Assembly (NCBI GenBank): GCA_965661685.1
Contig: CBFIET010000175.1
Coordinates: forward strand, 20,160-84,159
Direction: 5' to 3'
Length of the DNA: 64,000 bases
Origin: Planctomycetota bacterium
GTDB lineage: Bacteria > Planctomycetota > UBA8108 > UBA1146
Positions 47,936-57,443 of this stretch are shown one piece after another. The position numbers and the translations under genes are program-made. Position 1 is the stretch's first letter. Every line of letters starts with the position of its first letter. Under the pieces are notes generated by a model. It saw nothing but the letters and a program-made list of their open reading frames with translations, did no database searches and was not told where the DNA came from.

Positions 47936-49323
47936 AGCGTCTCCTCCTTCGGGGTATCTCCCGAGTCCTCCTCGACAAAGGTATCCGCATCTTCAAACTC
48001 GATCGCATCCTGTATCTCTTCGGAATCTACGTCAGGGACCACTGCCTCGCGGACCTCCGTCTCCACCCTCTTGAGATCTGGCAGACTGTCGTTGACGGTG
48101 AGTTGTTCGATCACCCTGGTCTTGGGTAACACGCGACCCTCGAAAGATGCCACGGAACTGTTGTATGCCTTTACTGCCGTGTTGAGCCCTCTACCCACCC
48201 CGGAAAGGTGATTGTGAAAGGTCGTCAACCGCTTGTGTAATTGCACCGTTTCATCCCAGATTTTCTGGGCATTCTCCGCCAGCTTTTCCTGTTGCCAGTA
48301 AAGGCCGACCGTCTTCAGAAGTGCGATCAATGTCACTGGTGTCGTGATCAGAATCTTGTTCTTGATCGCTTCCTCTTGGAGATCTGGTTGAGCCGCAAAT
48401 GCGGCGGCAGCGACGCTTTCAATCGGAATAAACATCACGGTGAAGTCGACACGTCCTCCTACCTGACCGGGATAGTCCCTCTTCGCGAGGTCGAGCATCG
48501 TCTTTCGAACTGTTTTTCCATGAGCGTCAAACCAGCGATCTCTTTCTTCCGGATCATTACTCTCGATGGCTCTCTCGTAGTCAGAGTAAGGAACCTTTGC
48601 ATCGACGGGGATCTTCCCTTCTCCAGGGACCCGAACGACAAGGTCCGGTCGCTTATCACCGGAATCCTGATCCTGACGGGCAAAGTCACAGTGCTCCGTC
48701 ATTCCGGCCATCTCGCAGATATTCTCGAGGGCCATCTCCCCCCACTTGCCCCGCTTCTGACTGGAACCCTTGAGTGCGGTGGAGAGGGACCGAGCTTCTT
48801 CTCCAACCTTCACGGTTTGATCTGATAACTGCTTCACGTGCTCATCGAGAGAGGTAAATGCTTCTGTCCGGGATTTTTCTATCTTCTGATGCTGATCCTG
48901 GAATCGCTCCATCTGATCCTTGAATGCCAGAAATTGCTTCTCGATCGACTCATGTCGCTTTTCCAGTTCTGAAGTATGCTTCTCTTCAGAAACTCCCAAT
49001 CTTTGCTCTGCATGATCGAGAAATTGTTTTCGATTCTTCTCCATCTGTTCCGCTGAGAAGGCCTGAAAGCTCTCCTTCATCGTCTCTCGGTCTTCTTGAA
49101 CCTGGCGCAGTTGATCCGCGGCAGCGTCCCTTTCCGCCTCGGTCCGCACGAGACTTTCTCTGGCTCGATGCGATTCGGCGAGGTGTTCTTCTGAGGTCGC
49201 CTTTTGCTGGTCCAGATCCTTCTGTAGATCACGGATGTTTCGACGAGAGAAGACGATCCCTGATACGAAACCGATGACGCTCGCCAGCAAGGTGAAGAAT
49301 GGCCAGTACTGTTCCATATTCAT
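47932..49323 (-). CDS. rmuC: DNA recombination protein RmuC
   Basis: N-terminal transmembrane helix, long coiled-coil, and C-terminal RmuC nuclease-like domain (...KRGKWGEMALENICEMAGMTEHCDFARQ...). Confidence 0.85.
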   Translation of the reverse strand: MNMEQYWPFFTLLASVIGFVSGIVFSRRNIRDLQKDLDQQKATSEEHLAESHRARESLVRTEAERDAAADQLRQVQEDRETMKESFQAFSAEQMEKNRKQFLDHAEQRLGVSEEKHTSELEKRHESIEKQFLAFKDQMERFQDQHQKIEKSRTEAFTSLDEHVKQLSDQTVKVGEEARSLSTALKGSSQKRGKWGEMALENICEMAGMTEHCDFARQDQDSGDKRPDLVVRVPGEGKIPVDAKVPYSDYERAIESNDPEERDRWFDAHGKTVRKTMLDLAKRDYPGQVGGRVDFTVMFIPIESVAAAAFAAQPDLQEEAIKNKILITTPVTLIALLKTVGLYWQQEKLAENAQKIWDETVQLHKRLTTFHNHLSGVGRGLNTAVKAYNSSVASFEGRVLPKTRVIEQLTVNDSLPDLKRVETEVREAVVPDVDSEEIQDAIEFEDADTFVEEDSGDTPKEETL

Positions 49324-49464
49324 ACTCTTCCATATTCAATTCTTGAACTTACCGTTCATTGACAGGATAAGTGGAGAAAGCAACCGGAGCCACATCGTGA
49401 TGAAAGAACTTCTTCACGAGACCAGGTCTCAGCGGATCGAGCCGAACAAGAAAACTTTTTCAGT

Positions 49465-49902
49465 TCAAGAATCCACGCCTCGTCTTGTTCTCTTTTTCGA
49501 TGCATCTTGAAAAGCGGCGATCAGAGCACCGGTTGAAATTCCTATCATCAAGGCGCCATTTACCGCTTCCAGTGGTCCCAAAAGCTTGTGCTTTGCCGAC
49601 ATCACCATATCTCCGTACCCCAGAGTGGCGAAGTTGACCGCAGAGTGATAAAAGGCCGCCTCGAACTTCTGGAACTCACCGAGAACGACAAAGAGTTGCG
49701 CCCACACTGCAATCTGGAGGATGTTCCCCACCAGTAACAGGGTCATGACTCCCTGCATGATGGCAATTCCTGACCAGATGGACGGGTTCACCAGCTTGCT
49801 GTTCCTTTTGCGATAAAAGCGCAACACCCAGACCAGTACGCTGAGCTGAAGAAACAGACACACCAATATGGTGCAGAATCCCAGGGCAAGGTTGCTTAGC
49901 AT
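49465..49902 (-). CDS. Small potassium channel (pore-loop with TLGYGD selectivity filter)
   Basis: FYHSAVNFATLGYGDMVM flanked by transmembrane helices. 145 aa. Overlaps the upstream gene's end. Confidence 0.8.
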   Translation of the reverse strand: MLSNLALGFCTILVCLFLQLSVLVWVLRFYRKRNSKLVNPSIWSGIAIMQGVMTLLLVGNILQIAVWAQLFVVLGEFQKFEAAFYHSAVNFATLGYGDMVMSAKHKLLGPLEAVNGALMIGISTGALIAAFQDASKKRTRRGVDS

Positions 49903-50966
49903 GGCATCGAATCCAATTCCTTCTCATCCGGAGTTCTCTTGGCATGAATAAAATCCAGAATGCGGACCGATAGCCATGCGTAAAGAGTCACTGCCACGAA
50001 CAAGCTGATCCTGGTGAAAAAGGCCTGGTAAACATCATTCCCATTTTCACTGTCCATGACAGCGGCCCCCAACAACAGGATGAGCGTCATCGTCACAGCT
50101 TGCCAAAATGAGGGAGGAAAACGGCTCTCCAGTACCCCGTAGATCTTGCCAGCAATGTAGGTGACGAAAATCAATGTCCACAGAAAAAACATCCACAGGT
50201 TTACCGAGAGGCCCAGTAACCACCAGAAGAAAACAGCAAAGCCTCCTCCCAACACAGTAGCCCCCAGCAATTCACGACCTGCTACCTTGATGTCGATGAG
50301 CGAACTTTGCTGCCCCAGAGCGATCGACTTCAACACCAGGGGCAAGTAAAGCCCCGGGTTTGTCAGAACCACCATGTAAGCGGGCATGACAATCAGTGTC
50401 GCTTTGAGAGCCTCCCAGTTCGATTCCGAACGAGCCTCCTCTGGATCTTTTTCTTTCCTGGTGACCACCGGGTCTTCTGGAAAAAAGGGATAAACCAACC
50501 ACTGGCAAACAACGGCGACAGCGACCCCGACCACCAATGACTCGATGACCAGGGTTGCAAGAACCGAACTGACTGACCCTGCGATGGGAACCAACGCGAT
50601 TCCTGAGGCGATGAAGTGCCCCAGGATCTCTTTTCCGCGAATCACTGACAGATAAAAACTCATGTACATGACAAGCCCAACCACCAATATTGCGGCGATT
50701 GGATAGAACTCCAGCCATGGAATGAGTAGCAGGCCACTGGCCATGGTCAGGGTGATCGCAATCAACAAGACGATCAGCTTCACGGGACCAGGTGGTGGAG
50801 CAGGATTGATCGTCAACAAGACGCCAAAGAATGGAACGATGTAAGGCAATTGAAGTTGAAGTGCATAACCACAGGCTAGCGACAGGGCAGTCGTCAAACT
50901 CAATCTAAAAACACGCCGAGCCTGAATTCCCATATCAACCGATCTCCCCGATGGTTTCATGCTCAA
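49896..50966 (-). CDS. DUF2955/FUSC-like inner-membrane protein (putative efflux component)
   Basis: Polytopic 356-aa protein that is co-operonic with the HlyD-family adaptor. Weak resemblance to FUSC/ArAE exporters. Confidence 0.6.
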   Translation of the reverse strand: MSMKPSGRSVDMGIQARRVFRLSLTTALSLACGYALQLQLPYIVPFFGVLLTINPAPPPGPVKLIVLLIAITLTMASGLLLIPWLEFYPIAAILVVGLVMYMSFYLSVIRGKEILGHFIASGIALVPIAGSVSSVLATLVIESLVVGVAVAVVCQWLVYPFFPEDPVVTRKEKDPEEARSESNWEALKATLIVMPAYMVVLTNPGLYLPLVLKSIALGQQSSLIDIKVAGRELLGATVLGGGFAVFFWWLLGLSVNLWMFFLWTLIFVTYIAGKIYGVLESRFPPSFWQAVTMTLILLLGAAVMDSENGNDVYQAFFTRISLFVAVTLYAWLSVRILDFIHAKRTPDEKELDSMPC

Positions 50967-52198
50967 TAGGCAAAACTGATCCAGCTAAGGAAACGGATGT
51001 AGATCTCACCGAGCATCTTCAAGAGAGGACGCCCTTCAGTATAGGCGATCACATCTGCCTGCCCGCCGATTCGCAACTGGGGGTATATTTTTGTGATCTG
51101 ATCGGCTTCAAAACTGATCACCACCGGAAATCTCTGCGTCTGACGCAACCAATCGCGATTGTTCTGGATGCTCGGTAGGCTCCCCGCTGGAGGTGGCTTG
51201 GTCGCAGTCACCCCCAGCCCTATACTCCGAACCTCTCCTCGAAAAACCTGGCCAGGAAGAGCGTCCAGAATGATCTCAACCGGGCAGCCCACTTCAAGAT
51301 GTCCAAGGTTGTTTTCTGTAAACTCCGCACTGATCCAGACCTCATGCATTGCTATCAGCGTCATCACGGGCGCACCCGTTCCCGCAAACTGCCCCACGTC
51401 AGCTCGCAAATCGGTGATCATTCCTCTCGAGGAAGCGCGAACTACGGTGCTTTCGAGATCCAGTTGTGCCTTCTCCACTGCACTGACAGCAGCCTTCACC
51501 TGAGCATTGTCAGTCTCTTCTCCACCTCTCTGGCCAATCGCACGTTGAATCTCAGCTTCTGCGCCTGTAACCATCGCTCGAGCTTGCTCCAGAGTGGCAC
51601 GAGCAATCTCAAGCCGGCGAACAGAAATGGTTCCTGAATCCTGTTGATACAAACGCTCCTGACGGTTTGCGTCCTGCTCCGCCTTGAGTTCATTTGCCTG
51701 TGCAGCTCTGAGGTTGGCGCGAGCGGATTCGATTCCTGCACTGCCTGCTCCAAGCTGACTATTGGCTTTTTGTAGATCCGAATTCGCCTTGCGTAGTGCG
51801 ATTTCATAATTTGATTTGTCGATCTCGAACAAGGGTTGGCCCTTAACCACCTCCTGGTTGTTCTCTACCAACACCTTTGTCACAACTCCCGAAACCTTTG
51901 GGGAAACCCCGACAACAAATCCCTGTACGCGGGCCTGACTCGTATAGGGGGTGAAACGGTCTGCCAGTAGATTCCACAGCAAGCTGACCAGAATCACGGC
52001 GATAATCAACTTCATACCCTTGCCGAGGGTAGCCCTCGACTTCGTCACCGTTTCATCGGCAGTATCTGCTACATCTTCTTCGTCTTGCTGCTCCGCTGGG
52101 GAATGCTCAACTTGAGGTTCTTCCCCCTCGCCTGGTGAAGTCTCAACGACAGGTGCATTCTCTTGATTTTCTTCGCTCGCCTTTTTGTCTTCACTCAT
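50963..52198 (-). CDS. HlyD-family membrane-fusion (periplasmic adaptor) protein, EmrA-like
   Basis: Transmembrane anchor, long coiled-coil (ALRKANSDLQKANSQL...), and beta-barrel/lipoyl segments. Confidence 0.85.
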   Translation of the reverse strand: MSEDKKASEENQENAPVVETSPGEGEEPQVEHSPAEQQDEEDVADTADETVTKSRATLGKGMKLIIAVILVSLLWNLLADRFTPYTSQARVQGFVVGVSPKVSGVVTKVLVENNQEVVKGQPLFEIDKSNYEIALRKANSDLQKANSQLGAGSAGIESARANLRAAQANELKAEQDANRQERLYQQDSGTISVRRLEIARATLEQARAMVTGAEAEIQRAIGQRGGEETDNAQVKAAVSAVEKAQLDLESTVVRASSRGMITDLRADVGQFAGTGAPVMTLIAMHEVWISAEFTENNLGHLEVGCPVEIILDALPGQVFRGEVRSIGLGVTATKPPPAGSLPSIQNNRDWLRQTQRFPVVISFEADQITKIYPQLRIGGQADVIAYTEGRPLLKMLGEIYIRFLSWISFAY

Positions 52199-53741
52199 TT
52201 TGCGAATCCTTGTTACCTGTTTGCGGCCTGTCGATTAGAGGAGCCTCGATCAGATCTCCCCAGTCAGTTCTCTCACTCATCTGGTCGTGGGTTTCTGCGG
52301 CAATCATTTCATCAAGACTTGAAGGATTCCAACCTCCACCGAGACTTTTGTACAGGCTGACAACTGCATCGAGATGGCCTCCTCGATTGAGTATCTGCCT
52401 TTCAACCTGGCTAAAGAAAGCCCGCTGCGCTGAAAGAACTCTCTGGAAATCGCAGTAACCCTCTCGATAACGGGTATTTGCAATCTCAAGAGCACGCTTG
52501 GCTGCGTCGACAGATTCGTCGAGAATTATCTGCTGTTCAGCAGTCTTCAGAAGCTCGAATGTCGCATTATCGACTTCCCTTGCTGCCTCCAGAACTGTTG
52601 CCTGAAACCCTTCGATCAACTGCTGTAGTCTGGCATCTTGAATTCTTACATTGTTGGCGATCGCACCATGATCAAACAGGTTCCAGCGAAATGCCGGTCC
52701 TGCAGAAAGACTGCTCGCATCCGGGATGCTGTTCAAGTTACTACTGGACCACCCCAGGGACCCGAGCAATGAAATCGCTGGATAGTAATCCGCCTGCGCG
52801 ATTCCAATTCGTGCCGATTGTGCGGCCACCTGCCACGCTGCGACTCGAATGTCTGGCCGTCGTGTCAGCAACCGAGCGGGGAAATTACCGATCATCTCCG
52901 GTTTCACTGACGGTAACCCGAACTCAATATCCGACAGTTCTGGAATCGAATCTGGCGGTCTTCCTAAAAGGATACAAATCGCATTCCGGGTGTTCCGAAG
53001 AGCTAGTTCCAGTTGAGGTATTGCCGACAAAGTCGCCAGGTACTGAGTTCTGGCCTGCTGGAAATCCAGTTCTGATTCATCGCCCTCGGTAAATCTCTCT
53101 TCGGTGATATCAAAACTACGCTTCTGAATCCTTGCGTTGTTCCGGGTTATCGCGATGCGAGCCCCGGTAACCCTGTAGGAGAAGTACAAACTCGCTACTT
53201 GCGAAGCAATCAACACCTGCAAATCACGCTGCTGAGAAACAGACGCGAAAAAACCTGCATCTGCGGATTCAACTGCTCGCTGAAATCGCCCCCAAAAATC
53301 CAGTTCCCAGCCCACAACGCCCTGTGCTTGCGTTACGACCTGATCGGTAGTTCCGCCCCCATCTAGGTGGCTAGAGACCGCCTCCGTAGCACCGCTCACT
53401 TGCTGGACCTGTGGAAAGAGGGAACTTCCTGCAAGACCCTGAACCGCACGGCTTTCTAAAATTCGCAGGCCTGCAATACGCAGTGACAGATTGTCTTCAT
53501 GAGCAGTTTCGATCAGTGATACGAGGACAGGATCTTCAAACTGTAACCACCATGACTGGATCCGAGTGGGATCCAGACTGGACGAGTTGACCTCGGAATA
53601 TGATTCGGGTTGCCATTCTTCAAGCCAGCTGACTTCAGGTTCCTGAAACTCCGGGCCGAGTGTGGTGCACGCACTGAGTGTCACTACCACAAGGAGCAAG
53701 GCAGTCCTCTTGACCCGTCGCTTGAGTTGGACCTTGGTCAT
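52191..53741 (-). CDS. Outer-membrane efflux lipoprotein (NodT/OprM-type OMF)
   Basis: Lipobox LLLVVVTLSAC. Two TolC-like repeats with the conserved ...LF.QG...LD.. helices. Confidence 0.85.
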   Translation of the reverse strand: MTKVQLKRRVKRTALLLVVVTLSACTTLGPEFQEPEVSWLEEWQPESYSEVNSSSLDPTRIQSWWLQFEDPVLVSLIETAHEDNLSLRIAGLRILESRAVQGLAGSSLFPQVQQVSGATEAVSSHLDGGGTTDQVVTQAQGVVGWELDFWGRFQRAVESADAGFFASVSQQRDLQVLIASQVASLYFSYRVTGARIAITRNNARIQKRSFDITEERFTEGDESELDFQQARTQYLATLSAIPQLELALRNTRNAICILLGRPPDSIPELSDIEFGLPSVKPEMIGNFPARLLTRRPDIRVAAWQVAAQSARIGIAQADYYPAISLLGSLGWSSSNLNSIPDASSLSAGPAFRWNLFDHGAIANNVRIQDARLQQLIEGFQATVLEAAREVDNATFELLKTAEQQIILDESVDAAKRALEIANTRYREGYCDFQRVLSAQRAFFSQVERQILNRGGHLDAVVSLYKSLGGGWNPSSLDEMIAAETHDQMSERTDWGDLIEAPLIDRPQTGNKDSQNE

Positions 53742-53745
53742 CAAC

Positions 53746-54858
53746 TTACTCGCTAACCGCCAGGCTGTCCCCCTGCTCCTCGGGGTTTCCATTTTCGACC
53801 CAGTCCATGAAAACCTGATATCCCAGGGCCAACAGGACCGCTCCCAGAAACAAACCGATCAATCCGTATGAAAACATTCCACCCAACGCCCCCAGCAAGA
53901 TGATGGGCATGGGTACCTCGACACCCCGACCCAGAAGGAGCGGCTTGAGAAATCCATCTGACATTCCGGTAACCACCAGATAAACCGTCACCATGATATT
54001 GTGCGTGGTGGAAGTATCTCCGCTCATCCAGATGTAAATGATGACCGGCAGTGTGAGCACCAACGCAGGAAGTTGAGCGATTCCCATCAACAAGGCCAGC
54101 AGTGCCAGGATTCCGGCGGCGGGTATGCCAGCCCAGACGAAGCCAACACCCAGGAAAAGTGACTGGAGAAAGGCAACTCCCACGACTCCCATCGCCACGG
54201 AACGAATCGTCATCGTCGATAAATTATGCAGACCCGGTCCTTTTTCCACTGACGTCAATCGACTCAAGATTTTTAACATTGCTGCGCTACCTGACTTACC
54301 GTAAGCCATCATGATTCCTGCGATGATCAACGAACCGAGAAATTGAAGGAGTGAACTGGCGGTACTGGCAATGGTGCCCAGCGCAGTTTTCGCCATCTGT
54401 TCCAGTTGCGGCTTCATGCTGATCATGAACGCAGGCAGATCTTCTGAAGCCTGGGTCCATAGCGACGACAAGGTCTTTCCTATCAAAGGCCACTGGGCGA
54501 CTGAAGCCGGTGGAGGATCGAGCGCAAAGGACTCGGAAGAAAATGTCTCGTACTTCTCGTGCAGGAACTCTGAAAACGATGTTCCCAGCAGAATTGTCGG
54601 GAGTCCAACCAGTAACAAACCTGACAGCACCAGTAACGTTGCTGCTCTCCCCTGTTTGTCATTCAGTTTCCTGGCAAGGATTTGATGGAGCGGATACAGG
54701 ACCACTGCCAGGACCAATCCCCACAGCATCAATCCCATAAAAGGTGAGAAAATTCGCAGGCAGATAATCACCAGTAACCCGATGAGACCCACAGTGACAA
54801 ATGCATCGTTCAGATCACTGAACAATCTCTTTCGGATCGAACTATATTCTGATTGCAT
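53746..54858 (-). CDS. AI-2E family transporter (PerM/YhhT-like, UPF0118)
   Basis: Start MQSEYSSIRKRLF. Eight predicted transmembrane helices. The 3-prime end abuts the OMF start. Confidence 0.75.
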   Translation of the reverse strand: MQSEYSSIRKRLFSDLNDAFVTVGLIGLLVIICLRIFSPFMGLMLWGLVLAVVLYPLHQILARKLNDKQGRAATLLVLSGLLLVGLPTILLGTSFSEFLHEKYETFSSESFALDPPPASVAQWPLIGKTLSSLWTQASEDLPAFMISMKPQLEQMAKTALGTIASTASSLLQFLGSLIIAGIMMAYGKSGSAAMLKILSRLTSVEKGPGLHNLSTMTIRSVAMGVVGVAFLQSLFLGVGFVWAGIPAAGILALLALLMGIAQLPALVLTLPVIIYIWMSGDTSTTHNIMVTVYLVVTGMSDGFLKPLLLGRGVEVPMPIILLGALGGMFSYGLIGLFLGAVLLALGYQVFMDWVENGNPEEQGDSLAVSE

Positions 54859-54978
54859 GGCAACGCCTCCCCATCCTTTTTCACTATAATCGATGAGGCC
54901 GGGTATTGTATCCCGAATTGATATCATCCCTCGTCAGCGCCAGGATCCTGATTCAGACTTCATCATCGAGAAAGATGA

Positions 54979-56808
54979 TCACGTGGTGATGATGTCGAGA
55001 AAACCCTGTCCCCACTTTTCCAGTTTCTTCTGTCCCACGCCGGAAATCATCGCCATCTGCCCCAGTGTCTGGGGCATCAACTGAGACATTTCTACAAGAG
55101 TGGAATCGTGGAAGATGGTGTAGGGGGGTACTTCCAGTTGCCTGGAAATCTCGAGGCGATGTTGTCGCAGTTTTTCGAAGAGGCTCGACTCGACCGCATC
55201 GAGCCCGGCCAACTTCTTCTTCTTCCTGCGGGTGCTCGCCTTCCTGGTGATGGCATCCTTTCGGAACTGGATCTGTTCCGTTCCTTGCAGGACACCGCGA
55301 CTCGCCCCGGTCACCGAGATCCCTCCATGTCCCTCGAGATCGATCTGGATCATGCCGCGGGAAGCGAGTTGCCTGAAGATGGAGTGCCACCCCGGTCCGT
55401 CCAGTTCCTCGCCGATCCCGTAGACACTGAGCCGATCATGGCCAAAGCGAGCGATCTTCTGTGAGGCGGATCCTCGAAGAACATCGATGACATGCCCCTT
55501 GCCGAATCGCTGCCCCGTCTTGACCACGGCAGAGAGTGCTTTCTGAGCCATTACGGTTCCATCCATCACCTCAGGAGAAGTGCGACAGTTATCGCAAGAA
55601 CCGTCAGCTCCGCTACAGGCGATCTCCTCATCCCCGAAAAATCTCAGCAACGTACTCCTGCGGCAACCGGATGATTCACAGTAGGCAAGCATCGCCTCGA
55701 TCTGATGATGGCAAATCCTGCGCTGGGTTTGATCTAGATCGGAATCGGCAAGTCTACGCTGAGCGAGTACCACGTCGCTCCAGCCAAAGCAGAGCCATGC
55801 CTCGGCGGGCAATCCATCTCTTCCTGCTCTTCCCGATTCCTGACTGTAGTGCTGTGGGCTGGCGGGCATGTCCAGGTGCGCCACGAAACGAACGTTGGGC
55901 TTGTCGATTCCCATACCGAAGGCGACCGTCGCCACCACCACCATCCCTTCCTCTCTCAGGAACAGCTGCTGGTTGACGGAGCGTTGCTGAGATGACATCC
56001 CGGCATGATAGGGAACTGCACGGATCCCTTCTCCCCTCAGCCACTCTGCCGTGTCATCGACCTTCTTGCGGCTGGCACAGTAGACGATCCCGGCCCCCCC
56101 TGAATGTCGGTCGCGGATCAGCTTCAACAGCTGCCGCCTCGGTTGATCCTTCGGCTCCACGCTGTATCGGATGTTGGGCCGATCAAAGGATGAGATGAAG
56201 AGATCCTCATCGGTGAATCCCAGCCCCTTGATGATGTCCTTGCGTGTGGGTCCGTCGGCAGTGGCGGTCAGTGCGATGATCGGCACATCCGGGTAAACCT
56301 TGCGCACGATGCCCAGCTTCTGGTACTCGGGACGAAAATCGTGTCCCCACTGGCTGATGCAGTGGGCTTCATCGATGGCAAAGAGGGTCGGATTGAACGC
56401 GTCGAGCTCCTCCAGGAAGCCGTCGAGGAGGAGCCTCTCCGGTGCCAGGTAGAGCAACTTGATCTGGCCCGAACGAAGCCGTTGCCACACTTCACTACGT
56501 TGCTTCGAGTCCATCGAGGAGTTCAGGGCTGCCGCCCCCACTCCCGCCTGGGTCAGCGCTTCCACCTGATCCTGCATCAGGGCAATCAATGGAGAGATCA
56601 CCACCGTGATTCCATCGCCGAGGATCGCTGGAATCTGATAGCAGAGCGATTTCCCTCCGCCGGTGGGCATCAGAACGAGCGCATCATCGCCGGCGAGGAT
56701 TCGGTGGATGATCTGTTCCTGATCGGTGCGAAATTGATCGAACCCGAATACATCGCTGAGGACCTGATTGGCCCTGGCATGAACGGCTTCTCCCCCACGA
56801 GTCGACAA
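54979..56808 (-). CDS. recQ: ATP-dependent DNA helicase RecQ
   Basis: [40 protein letters not shown], a Zn-binding RQC region (CDNC) and C-terminal HRDC. Confidence 0.92.
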   Translation of the reverse strand: MSTRGGEAVHARANQVLSDVFGFDQFRTDQEQIIHRILAGDDALVLMPTGGGKSLCYQIPAILGDGITVVISPLIALMQDQVEALTQAGVGAAALNSSMDSKQRSEVWQRLRSGQIKLLYLAPERLLLDGFLEELDAFNPTLFAIDEAHCISQWGHDFRPEYQKLGIVRKVYPDVPIIALTATADGPTRKDIIKGLGFTDEDLFISSFDRPNIRYSVEPKDQPRRQLLKLIRDRHSGGAGIVYCASRKKVDDTAEWLRGEGIRAVPYHAGMSSQQRSVNQQLFLREEGMVVVATVAFGMGIDKPNVRFVAHLDMPASPQHYSQESGRAGRDGLPAEAWLCFGWSDVVLAQRRLADSDLDQTQRRICHHQIEAMLAYCESSGCRRSTLLRFFGDEEIACSGADGSCDNCRTSPEVMDGTVMAQKALSAVVKTGQRFGKGHVIDVLRGSASQKIARFGHDRLSVYGIGEELDGPGWHSIFRQLASRGMIQIDLEGHGGISVTGASRGVLQGTEQIQFRKDAITRKASTRRKKKKLAGLDAVESSLFEKLRQHRLEISRQLEVPPYTIFHDSTLVEMSQLMPQTLGQMAMISGVGQKKLEKWGQGFLDIITT

Positions 56809-56921
56809 TAGTGCTCCTGTCCGGCGAATCCTGCGGCAACGATCCAGACCCGGAGATATCCGACACTCCGTGCATCATCAAGGGAGCAGGCCAGAAGCGG
56901 TACAGGAAGACCGATGCTTTC

Positions 56922-57434
56922 CTAGCAGGCGGGAACCAGGCCACCCGGCATGAAGGGGGGACGGGCTGGAAGAGGTGCACGAACCCAGCCGAAGCGAGTC
57001 TCTTTCGAGCCGGCAGATTCCAGGAGGACAAGGTTGTTGCGATTCCATTCCCAGATCGACTCCTGCCCCCAGCGCCGACCCACATCGAGTGCCTGCTGGC
57101 GGGAGAGACCTACCAGGGCGAATCCCTCCTGCCGCCACGATCCGTCGCTGGCAAAACCGGTGCCCTCCCAGATGGGCAGATCGTGATCATGGATCCAGTC
57201 GTCCAGTTGCTGGTGGAGAGTCCTGTTGGCGAGGGGATGTAAATGCTGGTTTCGTGGATTCCAGGCAGAGATGAAATGGATCGGATCATTGCCGAGAAAC
57301 TGACCCTCTGTCATACCATCTCGGGTCGGTTCCACCGAAGAAGCCTGGTGACGATCGGTGACTATTCTCAACCAGGTATTTTGCCACGAGTCTCGACCCA
57401 ACCGGAGGTCTCGGATTCCCAGATGATGGGTCAT
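56922..57434 (-). CDS. Hypothetical protein, possibly DUF3293 family
   Basis: 170-aa ORF. The ISAWNP motif resembles the DUF3293 signature (from memory; low confidence). Confidence 0.4.
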   Translation of the reverse strand: MTHHLGIRDLRLGRDSWQNTWLRIVTDRHQASSVEPTRDGMTEGQFLGNDPIHFISAWNPRNQHLHPLANRTLHQQLDDWIHDHDLPIWEGTGFASDGSWRQEGFALVGLSRQQALDVGRRWGQESIWEWNRNNLVLLESAGSKETRFGWVRAPLPARPPFMPGGLVPAC

Positions 57435-57443
57435 CGCTTTCTC

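Noticed and set aside
47261-48211. Several plus-strand ORFs (47261..47686, 47699..48211)
   Set aside because: Antisense to the HExxH peptidase and rmuC.
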